A DNA stretch of 19,689 nucleotides from Candidatus Nanohaloarchaea archaeon (GTDB taxonomy: Archaea > Nanohalarchaeota > Nanosalinia > Nanosalinales > Nanosalinaceae): positions 1 to 19,689 of the forward strand of contig JBDGRK010000008.1 in assembly GCA_042218075.1 (NCBI GenBank), in the 5' to 3' direction. How positions within the stretch are numbered: the first letter of the stretch is position 1; every line of letters begins with the position of its first letter. Of the stretch, positions 1-7,312 are shown piece by piece. The notes under the pieces were generated by a model, which worked only from the letters and a program-made list of their open reading frames with translations, was not told where the DNA came from and searched no databases. The translations under genes and the position numbers were made by a program.

Positions 1-2
1 GC

Positions 3-173
3 GATGTAATCAAAGCCATCAACGGAAGAAGCATAGATTCAAGCCAGGAACTATCTAGCTATCTCGCCACCCAAACCAGTCCAGGAGAAAAAATCACAAT
101 CACCATTCTCAGAAACCAGAAAAGAAAACAAGTACAGATAACACTCGGAAAAAGACCTGAACCACGAACATAA
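3..173 (+). CDS. C-terminal fragment of a PDZ-domain protein, probably HtrA/DegP-like serine protease (5' truncated by window edge)
   Basis: Manual translation of frame 3: DVIKAINGRSIDSSQELSSYLATQTSPGEKITITILRNQKRKQVQITLGKRPEPRT*. Matches the '(G)DVI..I.G..I.....L...L....PG..I...I.R.......V.LG.RP' pattern ending HtrA PDZ domains. Not in the ORF track. Confidence 0.75.
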   Translation, partial: DVIKAINGRSIDSSQELSSYLATQTSPGEKITITILRNQKRKQVQITLGKRPEPRT

Positions 174-223
174 TCCTGTAAACCAAGAGGCATAAGTCTG
201 GTCAAATTGAACCAAAGTATCAG

Positions 224-316
224 CGTCGGGGGCGGGATTTGAACCCGCGTGGGAGCCGTAAAGACCCCCAATGGCTTAGCAAGCCACCGCAATGAACCAG
301 ACTATGCGACCCCGAC
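224..316 (-). tRNA. tRNA-Ser(GCT), long variable arm, CCA not encoded
   Basis: Reverse complement folds as a cloverleaf: acceptor GTCGGGG/CCCCGAC, discriminator G, D-arm GCA..TGC, anticodon arm GTGGC-TTGCTAA-GCCAT, 7-bp variable stem, T-arm GCGGG-TTCAAAT-CCCGC. Confidence 0.96.
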
Positions 317-343
317 ACATACAGACTTCTAGTGTATAAATGT

Positions 344-667
344 TTAATACTGCTGCATCGCGTATTCGTCCAGCCAGCTCCTCAATTCTTCCGTATCCTC
401 GACATCTCCTGCGGCGAGAGTCAGGAAAACCCCGGAATCTTCACACCTGTCAGGCTTTACACTGTACCTGTAGCTGTCCCGGAACAGCCTCTCCTCCACA
501 ACTACCTCACATCCTTCTCCATTCTCTATACCCTCCGGACTCTCCCCAGAAATCTCTACCAGCTCGCGGGCCGCGGAGCCGCTGACAAAAGCCCTGTATG
601 TTTTCCTGTCTGGAAAAAGGTCTCCAGTCTCTTCATCCAGATACCCGAGAATATTCATCTTTAACAT
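344..667 (-). CDS. Hypothetical acidic protein (start may be ATG at 658)
   Basis: D/E-rich ORF filling the gap between tRNA-Ser and the PRC-barrel gene; TATA-like element at 688-696 upstream. No family recognised. Confidence 0.6.
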   Translation of the reverse strand: MLKMNILGYLDEETGDLFPDRKTYRAFVSGSAARELVEISGESPEGIENGEGCEVVVEERLFRDSYRYSVKPDRCEDSGVFLTLAAGDVEDTEELRSWLDEYAMQQY

Positions 668-685
668 TCAGAGACTGGTTGGAAA

Positions 686-697
686 GCTTATATAAAA
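686..697. promoter_or_regulatory. Putative bidirectional TATA box (TTATATAAA) between divergent genes
   Basis: gcTTATATAAAa lies between the minus-strand start (658/667) and the plus-strand start (735). Confidence 0.5.
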
Positions 698-734
698 TTC
701 TGAAGCGAACTTTCGAGTGTAAAGTGGTAAACTG

Positions 735-1001
735 ATGGCTGAAAACATCCTCGACTACTCCGATATAACCAACAAGGACGTGTTCACAAGGAAAGGATCG
801 TACTGCGGCAAACTCAAGGACGTTGAGATCAACCTCAGCAAGTTTGGCGTCAGGGCGGTAGTTGTCGGAGCTGAGAAAGGTTCCTACCTGGCTCAGAAGG
901 TCGGGGGAACAAGGAACGTAGTGATCCCGTACAGGATGGTGGAGTCGGTTGACGACATCATAATCATCAAGGACTTCAAGACCGACGACATGGAAGAATG
1001 A
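735..1001 (+). CDS. PRC-barrel domain protein, CdpB-like archaeal cell division protein
   Basis: Pattern 'ITNKDVFTRKGSYCGKLKDVEINL...VVIPYRMVESVDDIIII' is a stand-alone PRC barrel; the 'IPY..V..V.D.I' end resembles haloarchaeal CdpB proteins. Confidence 0.85.
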   Translation: MAENILDYSDITNKDVFTRKGSYCGKLKDVEINLSKFGVRAVVVGAEKGSYLAQKVGGTRNVVIPYRMVESVDDIIIIKDFKTDDMEE

Positions 1002-1297
1002 CACTCGAAGTTCTCATATCGTTTATCTACGGCGTAATCCAGCACTCCTGGGAGTTCTCAACCGTTTTCGTAAAATACTTTCTCGTGATAGGATTCGCCT
1101 ACTCCATCAAAGACACGGAGAACGTTCTGCAGGACTTCATGCAGTTCCTGGACCGTTACTCGAGGGAGAGCGTGGTTGCGATTGTCTCTGTTGGTACGAT
1201 AGCCTACCTGGTAAGCTACAGTTTCACACCCTTCCTAACAACTTTCAGCAGCATACTCGCGGTCAGTTACTTCGGCTACCTGTTCTGGAAGTTCTAG
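998..1297 (+). CDS. Hypothetical membrane protein
   Basis: ATGA overlap with the PRC-barrel stop; about 3 hydrophobic segments. Confidence 0.7.
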   Translation: MTLEVLISFIYGVIQHSWEFSTVFVKYFLVIGFAYSIKDTENVLQDFMQFLDRYSRESVVAIVSVGTIAYLVSYSFTPFLTTFSSILAVSYFGYLFWKF

Positions 1298-1620
1298 GAA
1301 AGCCTGTTCTTAACCTTCTCGTGCCAGCTGTCCAGTGTAGTCATCGTAACCTCCCTCAGCTCCTCCATAGGGAGCGTAGTGTAGACGTAGTAGACGGTTC
1401 TGTCAGTCTTGCCCTCCCTCATGACTATATCCTTCTCCAGCATGTCCTGCAACGCTCTCTGCACAGTGGAGCGGTTCCTGTCCACCCTGGAAGCGAGCTC
1501 CTTCACAGTCAGCTTCGCCTCCTTCATCTCCTCAAAAAGCGACCTCTGGAGCTGGTTGAGATCGAAAACCTCGAAGATAATCTCTCGATCCTCCTTGCCG
1601 TCGAGGTCTAGAAAATCCAT
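1294..1620 (-). CDS. Winged-HTH transcriptional regulator (TrmB/COG3355-like)
   Basis: True start is ATG at 1620 (MDFLDLDGK...). HTH 'LTVKELASRVDRNRSTVQRALQDMLEKDIVMR' plus wing 'YYVY'. The track's extension to 2187 is antisense to the TA pair. Confidence 0.88.
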   Translation of the reverse strand: MDFLDLDGKEDREIIFEVFDLNQLQRSLFEEMKEAKLTVKELASRVDRNRSTVQRALQDMLEKDIVMREGKTDRTVYYVYTTLPMEELREVTMTTLDSWHEKVKNRLS

Positions 1621-1701
1621 TGAGAGAACATTATAGTCTAACACTAAAAAATTACCCGTTGCAACTGTTGCTGAGAAAGAGGAACTTCTGTTCACAAAAT
1701 G

Positions 1702-1734
1702 CTTATAAAAACGCCAGAAACATACTCCTGAGTA
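1702..1734 (+). promoter_or_regulatory. TATA box (CTTATAAAA) and inverted repeat TACTC-CT-GAGTA immediately before the toxin ATG
   Basis: TATA at 1702-1711, ~24 nt before ATG 1735 (leaderless spacing); inverted repeat at 1723-1734. Confidence 0.45.
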
Positions 1735-2070
1735 ATGGAAAAGCCTGATAAAACCTATAGAGCCATAAATCTTATTGAAAAGTATGGAGAAGATAGTATA
1801 GAGTGGAAAAGCGATAGAAAAAAGGAGCTGGTAAGAGAAAAACACGGGATCGATCCCGAAAGAATTATGGAAATAATAGAGGCGAAAGACTTCGACAGGT
1901 GCATCTCCAACCCGAATCCCAGGACAGGATTCAACTATACGGAAAGCTTCATAGTCGAATCCGAGAAAAGTGAAGATTTCAGGCCGAAGAAATATACCTT
2001 TAGAATACCAATATATTTTACAGAAACTGGTGAAATCAAGATCGCAACAGCATGGAAGATAGAAAGATGA
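1735..2070 (+). CDS. Putative BrnT/DUF4258-like (RelE-fold) ribonuclease toxin
   Basis: 'IEWKSDRKKELVREKHGIDPERIMEII' resembles the BrnT N-terminus (EW...K......KHG.); C-terminal 'IKIATAW' strand; coupled to a DUF2283 gene. Confidence 0.6.
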   Translation: MEKPDKTYRAINLIEKYGEDSIEWKSDRKKELVREKHGIDPERIMEIIEAKDFDRCISNPNPRTGFNYTESFIVESEKSEDFRPKKYTFRIPIYFTETGEIKIATAWKIER

Positions 2071-2390
2071 AATACCAAATCGAGGATATAAACTACGACC
2101 CCGAACTCGACATACTCGAGCTTTACACAGATAAAAGCGACTATCATGCCAGCTCGGAGAGCGGAGACTTCGTGTATCACCTGACATCTGAAGGGAAACT
2201 GGTAGGGGTAGAAATACTAAACGCCTCAGTGAATCTTGAGGGAACGGTAGAAAACCTGAAGAGGATTGAGGAAGCCGAGATAGAGAGTTCGGAAAATGAA
2301 GGGAAGGTAAAGCTAAATATCAAGCTTGGTTCAGGCCAGAAAGCCCTGAGAATCCAGGATAGCCAGAAAAGAGAGACTATAAAGGTCTGA
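2067..2390 (+). CDS. DUF2283-domain protein, putative antitoxin
   Basis: ATGA overlap at 2067-2070 gives MKYQIEDI; DUF2283 signatures 'NYDPELDILEL' and 'GKLVGVEILNAS'. Confidence 0.8.
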   Translation: MKYQIEDINYDPELDILELYTDKSDYHASSESGDFVYHLTSEGKLVGVEILNASVNLEGTVENLKRIEEAEIESSENEGKVKLNIKLGSGQKALRIQDSQKRETIKV

Positions 2391-2395
2391 TAAAA

Positions 2396-2608
2396 TCAAC
2401 CGCCGGCTATCACGTCCATTACCCTGATCTCATCTCCCTCCTCCAATTGATGGTTGGAGCTGATTATACTACCGTTCCTCGCCACCAGCACCTCTTCAGA
2501 TTCAACTTCAAGCTCATCCAGAAGATCTTCGACATTCAAGCCTTCGTCAACCTCAAGCTCTCTTTCCTCCTCAGACTCCAGATCATCCCTGACAATATCT
2601 ATCCTGAT
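2396..2608 (-). CDS. Ubiquitin-like sulfur carrier / SAMP (ThiS/MoaD beta-grasp family) with C-terminal Gly-Gly; no canonical start codon
   Basis: Manual translation: (I/M)RIDIVRDDLESEEERELEVDEGLNVEDLLDELEVESEEVLVARNGSIISSNHQLEEGDEIRVMDVIAGG*. 'V.RNG', 'L.EGD.I' and terminal 'IAGG' are ThiS/SAMP hallmarks. In-frame TGA at 2615-2617; candidate starts ATC 2608 or ATA 2602. Confidence 0.85.
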   Translation of the reverse strand: MRIDIVRDDLESEEERELEVDEGLNVEDLLDELEVESEEVLVARNGSIISSNHQLEEGDEIRVMDVIAGG

Positions 2609-2904
2609 CCCGGATCACCCGAATCCTGGATCCTTCTACCGTATTTTTCAATCGACTCCTCCAGCGCCTCTTCCGCATCAATACCCAGATCCGAAGCCAC
2701 TGCCAGAAGTGAGAAAAGTGCATCGCCTATCTCATCTTTACTTACCTCCAGCTCGTCCTCAATGTCCCCATAATCCGCGGACTTGGCCGCATCGGATGCA
2801 ATCTCTCCGACTTCTGCGAAAAGATCAATTATGCGAAATGCCGTAGTTCCCTCAAGATCATTCCTTTCTATGAACTCTTCAACTTTTCGCTGAGATTGTT
2901 TCAT
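2599..2904 (-). CDS. MazG-like nucleotide pyrophosphohydrolase (all-alpha NTP-PPase)
   Basis: 'DLFAEVGEIA...DEIGDALFSLLAVASDLGIDAEEAL...KY' carries the EVGE and DExGD acidic motifs. Confidence 0.88.
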   Translation of the reverse strand: MKQSQRKVEEFIERNDLEGTTAFRIIDLFAEVGEIASDAAKSADYGDIEDELEVSKDEIGDALFSLLAVASDLGIDAEEALEESIEKYGRRIQDSGDPGSG

Positions 2905-3233
2905 ACCGACGCTATTCCTTCCTTCTCTCTTAGATATTCTTCGAAACCTCTCGCGCTAATATAAGGTCCTTCTACGAATTCCTCGACTTCAGGTCTCAGG
3001 CTTAGACCTTCCTCATCAATACTCATCACCATAGTTAGACTATTTCTAACTTCATCCCAACCCATCTCCAGATCTTCAGGCAGATCCTCAGGTCCTCGAT
3101 AAACATCTGTTTCATCACTGTAAAGTTTTTCTAGAGTATCCTGGTTTTCATATATTGTATCAGCAAGCTGTCTCAAACGGCGGTCTTCGGAAGCCAGCCC
3201 CATGTGAAACAATTGAGTCGTACCGCTTATCAA
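2901..3233 (-). CDS. Hypothetical acidic protein
   Basis: Overlaps ogg (TTGA) and the MazG-like gene (ATGA) by 4 nt each; very D/E-rich. An internal ATG is an alternative start. Confidence 0.65.
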   Translation of the reverse strand: MISGTTQLFHMGLASEDRRLRQLADTIYENQDTLEKLYSDETDVYRGPEDLPEDLEMGWDEVRNSLTMVMSIDEEGLSLRPEVEEFVEGPYISARGFEEYLREKEGIASV

Positions 3234-4093
3234 TCTACCTCAAGGACCCCCTGCCTCGCCGCGTGGAAAAGGTACTCGACCGCGTAACCCGAGTGATCCC
3301 CGAACCTGGAGTGGATGTTCTCCACCGCTTCATCGTAATCTTCAGAGTGGAGCTCAGGGTAGTGCTGCTGCAAAGCTTTCCTGGCCCAGGTGTCCAGAGG
3401 CGGGGCTTCATGAAAGCCCTTCGAGAACAGGAGAACGCAGTCAGCCACCTTGTCTCCCACGCCGTAGAGCTTCTTCAGGTGCTCCCGCGCCTCGAAGTAA
3501 TCCATCTCCTCCAGATCAGTTTCATCAAAACCGTTCCCGAGAATATCCAGCGTCTCCACCACGTACTTCGCCCTGTAACCTACGCCGATATCTCTAAGCT
3601 CTTGCTCTGAAACCCCTGAAAGTTCATCCCTGCCGGGAAACCTCAGCAGCTTCTCTCCCTCTACCTCAACTTCCTCACCGAACCTCCTGGCGATCTCATT
3701 GTGCATCTTTTTAATCCGAGGAATCCTCATCTGCGGCGACAGCAGATACGATATCAGGCAGGGAAAGAACTCGTCCTGCACAACCCTCAGGCCCCAGAAC
3801 TCTTCCATTGCCTTCCACAGCTTTTCATCCTCGGGGAATTGCGAAAAAATCTCTTCCAGATCTCTGTGGAGACCGAGCGCCTTCCTCACCTTCAAGGGTG
3901 AGAGTTCAGTCTGGACGAACAGCGAGTCACCCTGGTCTTCAACGATAACCGGTTCACCTCTCCTGAAGGTGTAGAACCTAGAGCCTCCTTCACCGTAAAG
4001 CTCTCCATCAATCCTGTTCCAGCAGAAGGTCTGCCCGCAGGTGAGAGTAAGTTCGAGGTCGAAATTATCCGGTTCAAGCTCAAACGAATTCAC
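3230..4093 (-). CDS. ogg: 8-oxoguanine DNA glycosylase/AP lyase, OGG1-type (HhH-GPD superfamily)
   Basis: OGG_N motif 'LTLTCGQTFCW'; 'GLRVVQ', 'GVGYRAKY'; HhH 'LYGVGDKVADCVLLF' with catalytic Lys; 'PLDTW' catalytic Asp. Confidence 0.9.
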   Translation of the reverse strand: MNSFELEPDNFDLELTLTCGQTFCWNRIDGELYGEGGSRFYTFRRGEPVIVEDQGDSLFVQTELSPLKVRKALGLHRDLEEIFSQFPEDEKLWKAMEEFWGLRVVQDEFFPCLISYLLSPQMRIPRIKKMHNEIARRFGEEVEVEGEKLLRFPGRDELSGVSEQELRDIGVGYRAKYVVETLDILGNGFDETDLEEMDYFEAREHLKKLYGVGDKVADCVLLFSKGFHEAPPLDTWARKALQQHYPELHSEDYDEAVENIHSRFGDHSGYAVEYLFHAARQGVLEVD

Positions 4094-4145
4094 GTCAAAC
4101 TCTGCGTCCTTAAGCTATAATAAAAGAGCGAAAAATCGCCCTTCT

Positions 4146-5492
4146 TCACCTAAATCGGACATAAACCTGGTGTATAGCTATCACCAGGGCAGATACCAGT
4201 ATGCCGAGAAGCCCTGAGGCCTGGAAGTTCCCCATTAAAACTGCGATCAGGTTTGCGGAGACAAAGCCCGCAAGCAGGGAATAGAAGATGGGCTCATCTA
4301 TCTCCCAGTAAAGACTGGCGAAAACGTTCACGCCCAGGATTCCGAACCATGAACCTATGGAGTTGAAGAGCTCCGCTATATCAGGTATGATCACAGCCAT
4401 ACCGAGACCCAGGACACCCACAAGCACGACAAGAATCCTGTTGGTCAGTAGTTCCTGGCCTGGTTCAAGATCCTTCTTCTTGGCTATGAAATCCTCTATT
4501 ATGCTGGACGACATCGTCAGGAGTGTCCCGTCGGCGGTAGAGTTGGCCATCGAAACGAAAGCTGCAAGCACCAGGCCGGTAAGACCTGCGGGCACTATAT
4601 TCGCGGCGAGGAACGGAAGAGCCTGGTCAGCTACAACCCCGGGGTTTATGGCTCTAGCAGCCATTCCGAGAAAGATTGAAACACCCGTGATTGTCAGGAC
4701 GAAAACCGCGAAGTAAACAATGCCTCTCCTTGCGTGTTGCTCAGACCTGGAGGCGTAGATTCTCTGGAAGAGATCCTGCCCGCCGTAGTAGGCGAACATT
4801 CCGATCAGCAGATAGCCGAAGAAAAGAGAGATCGGCATGCTGATCTGCGAGGTATGAGACGGAGGCAGAGACATTATAGCCTCCCAGTGGCGGATCAGAG
4901 CCAGAGGTGCAAGAACCAGCAACATCCCCGCGAATATAATCAGCATCTGTAGGAGATCGGAGACAGTAACGCTCTTGAACCCTCCCATTAGAGTGTATAG
5001 AATCACCAGAATTCCGAAGCCCACAGAAGCCGGTTTCACCGCAAAACCGAACAGCTGATTTGCTATGTTGCCCGCAACCAGAAGCTGCATCGTCAGGGAT
5101 CCGGTGAAAAGGCCGAGAGTTATGAGCGCTGCAAGAACCTTGGTCTTCTCATCCCATCTATCATCAAGTAGCTGGGGCAGAGTAATCGAAGTATTCCTCT
5201 GGCTGTGCCTCCATATGCCGGGAGTGAACCTGATGAAAACAATCGCCCCGATCAATGCAGCTATAAGTAGTATGAAAGCAGAGATCCCATACTGGTAGCC
5301 GAAGGAAGCAGCCGCAAACGCCAGTCCCGCTCCCGTGAAAGTAGCGAAGCTGGATCCAGCGACGTGAAAACTGCCGAGATCACGATTTGCGAGTAGAAAG
5401 GATTCCGAATCAGAGTGCCTGCGGGAGTAGTAGAGACCTATCGCCAGCATCAACAAAAAGTACGATATTAGAACAATCTGATCCAGGTTCAT
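4146..5492 (-). CDS. Sodium:solute symporter (SSS) family protein, substrate unknown
   Basis: About 13 TM segments; 'FLLANRDLG', 'YTLMGGFKSVTVSDLLQ', 'QDLFQRIYAS', 'SMANSTAD' SSS motifs. Confidence 0.92.
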   Translation of the reverse strand: MNLDQIVLISYFLLMLAIGLYYSRRHSDSESFLLANRDLGSFHVAGSSFATFTGAGLAFAAASFGYQYGISAFILLIAALIGAIVFIRFTPGIWRHSQRNTSITLPQLLDDRWDEKTKVLAALITLGLFTGSLTMQLLVAGNIANQLFGFAVKPASVGFGILVILYTLMGGFKSVTVSDLLQMLIIFAGMLLVLAPLALIRHWEAIMSLPPSHTSQISMPISLFFGYLLIGMFAYYGGQDLFQRIYASRSEQHARRGIVYFAVFVLTITGVSIFLGMAARAINPGVVADQALPFLAANIVPAGLTGLVLAAFVSMANSTADGTLLTMSSSIIEDFIAKKKDLEPGQELLTNRILVVLVGVLGLGMAVIIPDIAELFNSIGSWFGILGVNVFASLYWEIDEPIFYSLLAGFVSANLIAVLMGNFQASGLLGILVSALVIAIHQVYVRFR

Positions 5493-5496
5493 TCAA

Positions 5497-5676
5497 TCAA
5501 TCCTCCTTCGAGTACTTGAAGAATCCTGTCTTTTCCTCCTCCACCTGGTCCTTCTTGTCCTCGAACTTTCTCGCTTTGCGCTTAAGGTAACTCCTGTCGC
5601 ATCGGTGGCACTGCACTCGTTTCTCCGCCTTGCTTCTCTGCCTGTAGCCACAGTCAGGACACTGGTAGTAGACCAT
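5497..5676 (-). CDS. Small CPxCG-type zinc-finger microprotein (59 aa)
   Basis: Manual translation MVYYQCPDCGYRQRSKAEKRVQCHRCDRSYLKRKARKFEDKKDQVEEEKTGFFKYSKED*; CPDCG plus CHRC; ends 4 nt before the SSS ATG. Below the track's length cutoff. Confidence 0.85.
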   Translation of the reverse strand: MVYYQCPDCGYRQRSKAEKRVQCHRCDRSYLKRKARKFEDKKDQVEEEKTGFFKYSKED

Positions 5677-5724
5677 AAGAAGGCTATAAATTTAAGTCTC
5701 AAAAGCCTTCCGGATGCTTCATAA

Positions 5725-6072
5725 TCAAAGATTTTGAATGAAAAGATGGGAACTGCAGTCGCAGTCAGAGCATCCGAATCCATCGACAGATCCACAGAAA
5801 CCCGAGAGAATCCCAGCCATCACACACTCGAAATCCGATTTCTCCGGAAGGATAAAACAGTCGAAAACTTCAGCCTCCTCACTAAGATAATCTATGTGCC
5901 AGAACTTGTTCTCCGCCGTATTGAAGTGTCTCTCAAGCCTTGACTCAAGGGAGTTTCTCGCAGATCCCGTGTAGACGTATATTCCGCTATCAAATTTTAT
6001 CGTTCCCAGAGCCCCCACCTCAATCTTTCTCTCCTTTTCCAGCCGAAGCAACAGAATGTAGACTCCCTTCAC
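5725..6072 (-). CDS. GIY-YIG (Uri) nuclease family protein, DUF123
   Basis: 'KGVYILLL', 'GIYVYTGSA', 'RLERH', 'FWHIDYL', 'GFGCSDCDCSSHLF' are DUF123 signatures. Confidence 0.9.
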   Translation of the reverse strand: MKGVYILLLRLEKERKIEVGALGTIKFDSGIYVYTGSARNSLESRLERHFNTAENKFWHIDYLSEEAEVFDCFILPEKSDFECVMAGILSGFCGSVDGFGCSDCDCSSHLFIQNL

Positions 6073-6123
6073 GGTATTAAGTTATCCAAATCCTTTTTTA
6101 ACCGGGAAAGCCAGTAAAAATAC

Positions 6124-6423
6124 ATGTTCTCAAGACTGAAAATGCCCTTGATAATTGGAACAGCATTCTCAGGAATAGCCTTCGGGGTAGTAAAGCTTAT
6201 AGGTTACAGCTCAAACTCTTTCATGATTCTGTCCTACCTCTACGTCATCCTTGCGTTCATAATCAGTCTCAAGTACGAGATCAAGAAGATCAACACTTCC
6301 GACAGTATTCTCTCACTGCTGGGCAATATAGTATTAGTTGTGGAGGGAGAGGATATGGAGCTCAGGAAGATTTTTACAGGAGAAAAATATAGGGTGAAGG
6401 GGGAGGTGGAAAAGCTTCAGTAG
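6124..6423 (+). CDS. Hypothetical membrane protein
   Basis: Two N-terminal hydrophobic helices; TTTTTAA box ~23 nt upstream; fills the gap between neighbours. Confidence 0.55.
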   Translation: MFSRLKMPLIIGTAFSGIAFGVVKLIGYSSNSFMILSYLYVILAFIISLKYEIKKINTSDSILSLLGNIVLVVEGEDMELRKIFTGEKYRVKGEVEKLQ

Positions 6424-7286
6424 CTCTTCCTTGCGATCCTCCCGCCCGATGAGTCGTAGAGCGTCGCAGTGTCGCCGGTGTCGTCCCAGCTGAGGCCGGA
6501 ACCGTAGACGTAGATTCCATCTCCCTCTGTGACGTTCTCAACTTCCTCGCTTGATTCTTCTTCGGTGTAGAGATGAAGTGACTCTCCAGCACCTATACTT
6601 GTGTTAAGCTCGAAGGAGTCAGGGTTGTCGTTGGTAACCTTCCAGCCCGAGAGATCGACCTTCCTTGACATCGAGTTGGTGATCACAACCTTCTCCGGGT
6701 TGTCGTTCCCACCCGACACTACTTCCAGGCTGAAACCGTCCCGGTAGTACTTGAGCCGGGATTTCTTGGCCTTTTTCCTGTACTTCTGCTGCCTTTGCTC
6801 CAGTTTCTTCAAAAGGTCTTCCATGATCTTCTCTACCTTCTCTCTGTTCGATCCCTCGAAGCTCCTGCTTATGCCGCCGTCCTTACTCTTCCTGACCAGC
6901 GTACCATAGGGCGTGGTCACCTTCCTGGTCGTGGAATCCGCGGTGTCGGAAACCTCGAGTCTTCCCTCAGGAGATTCCAGTATCCACCTGGTCTCTCCCG
7001 GTTCACTTTCAACCCTGAGGCTGGTATGCGGGTTCTCCAATCTTCCACTTACCTCTCCAGAAGTTACCTTGGTACGGAAAGAGGAGAACGCAGACTCAGT
7101 CTTCCGGATGAAAGAATCCGAATCAATACTCGTCGACTCCTCTCTCGGGATCTCTTTGCTCGACGATATATTGTCCAGAGCCGGTTGAATGCTATTTGAA
7201 GACCCAATTGACTGTGAAGCCGCTGGAATAGACACCATGCTCACAAGTAGCGACGCAGCGATAGCTGCATTAGCTAGATTTGTCAT
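6417..7286 (-). CDS. Secreted protein with C-terminal lamin-tail domain (LTD)
   Basis: Signal peptide (..IPAAS/Q); LTD motifs 'EKVVITN...VDLSGWKVT' and 'WDDTGDTATLYDSSG'. Confidence 0.8.
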   Translation of the reverse strand: MTNLANAAIAASLLVSMVSIPAASQSIGSSNSIQPALDNISSSKEIPREESTSIDSDSFIRKTESAFSSFRTKVTSGEVSGRLENPHTSLRVESEPGETRWILESPEGRLEVSDTADSTTRKVTTPYGTLVRKSKDGGISRSFEGSNREKVEKIMEDLLKKLEQRQQKYRKKAKKSRLKYYRDGFSLEVVSGGNDNPEKVVITNSMSRKVDLSGWKVTNDNPDSFELNTSIGAGESLHLYTEEESSEEVENVTEGDGIYVYGSGLSWDDTGDTATLYDSSGGRIARKSY

Positions 7287-7312
7287 TGTAAGGGCTGATT
7301 TTAAACCTGTAT

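Noticed and set aside
199-214. Imperfect hairpin TGGTCAA-A-TTGAACCA between htrA-like gene and tRNA-Ser
   Set aside because: Short and imperfect; not enough to call a terminator.
59-292. 77-aa minus-strand ORF
   Set aside because: Reads through tRNA-Ser and is antisense to the PDZ gene end; spurious.
1621-2187. N-terminal extension making the HTH ORF 297 aa
   Set aside because: Antisense to the TA genes and their promoter; low-quality F/S/Y-rich sequence. The real start is ATG 1620.
2447-2846. Plus-strand ORFs 2447-2773 and 2454-2846
   Set aside because: Ser-rich antisense shadows of the Glu-rich SAMP and MazG-like genes.
5493-5795. 100-aa minus-strand ORF in the track
   Set aside because: Wrong frame; overlaps DUF123 and the better-supported zinc-finger ORF 5497-5676.
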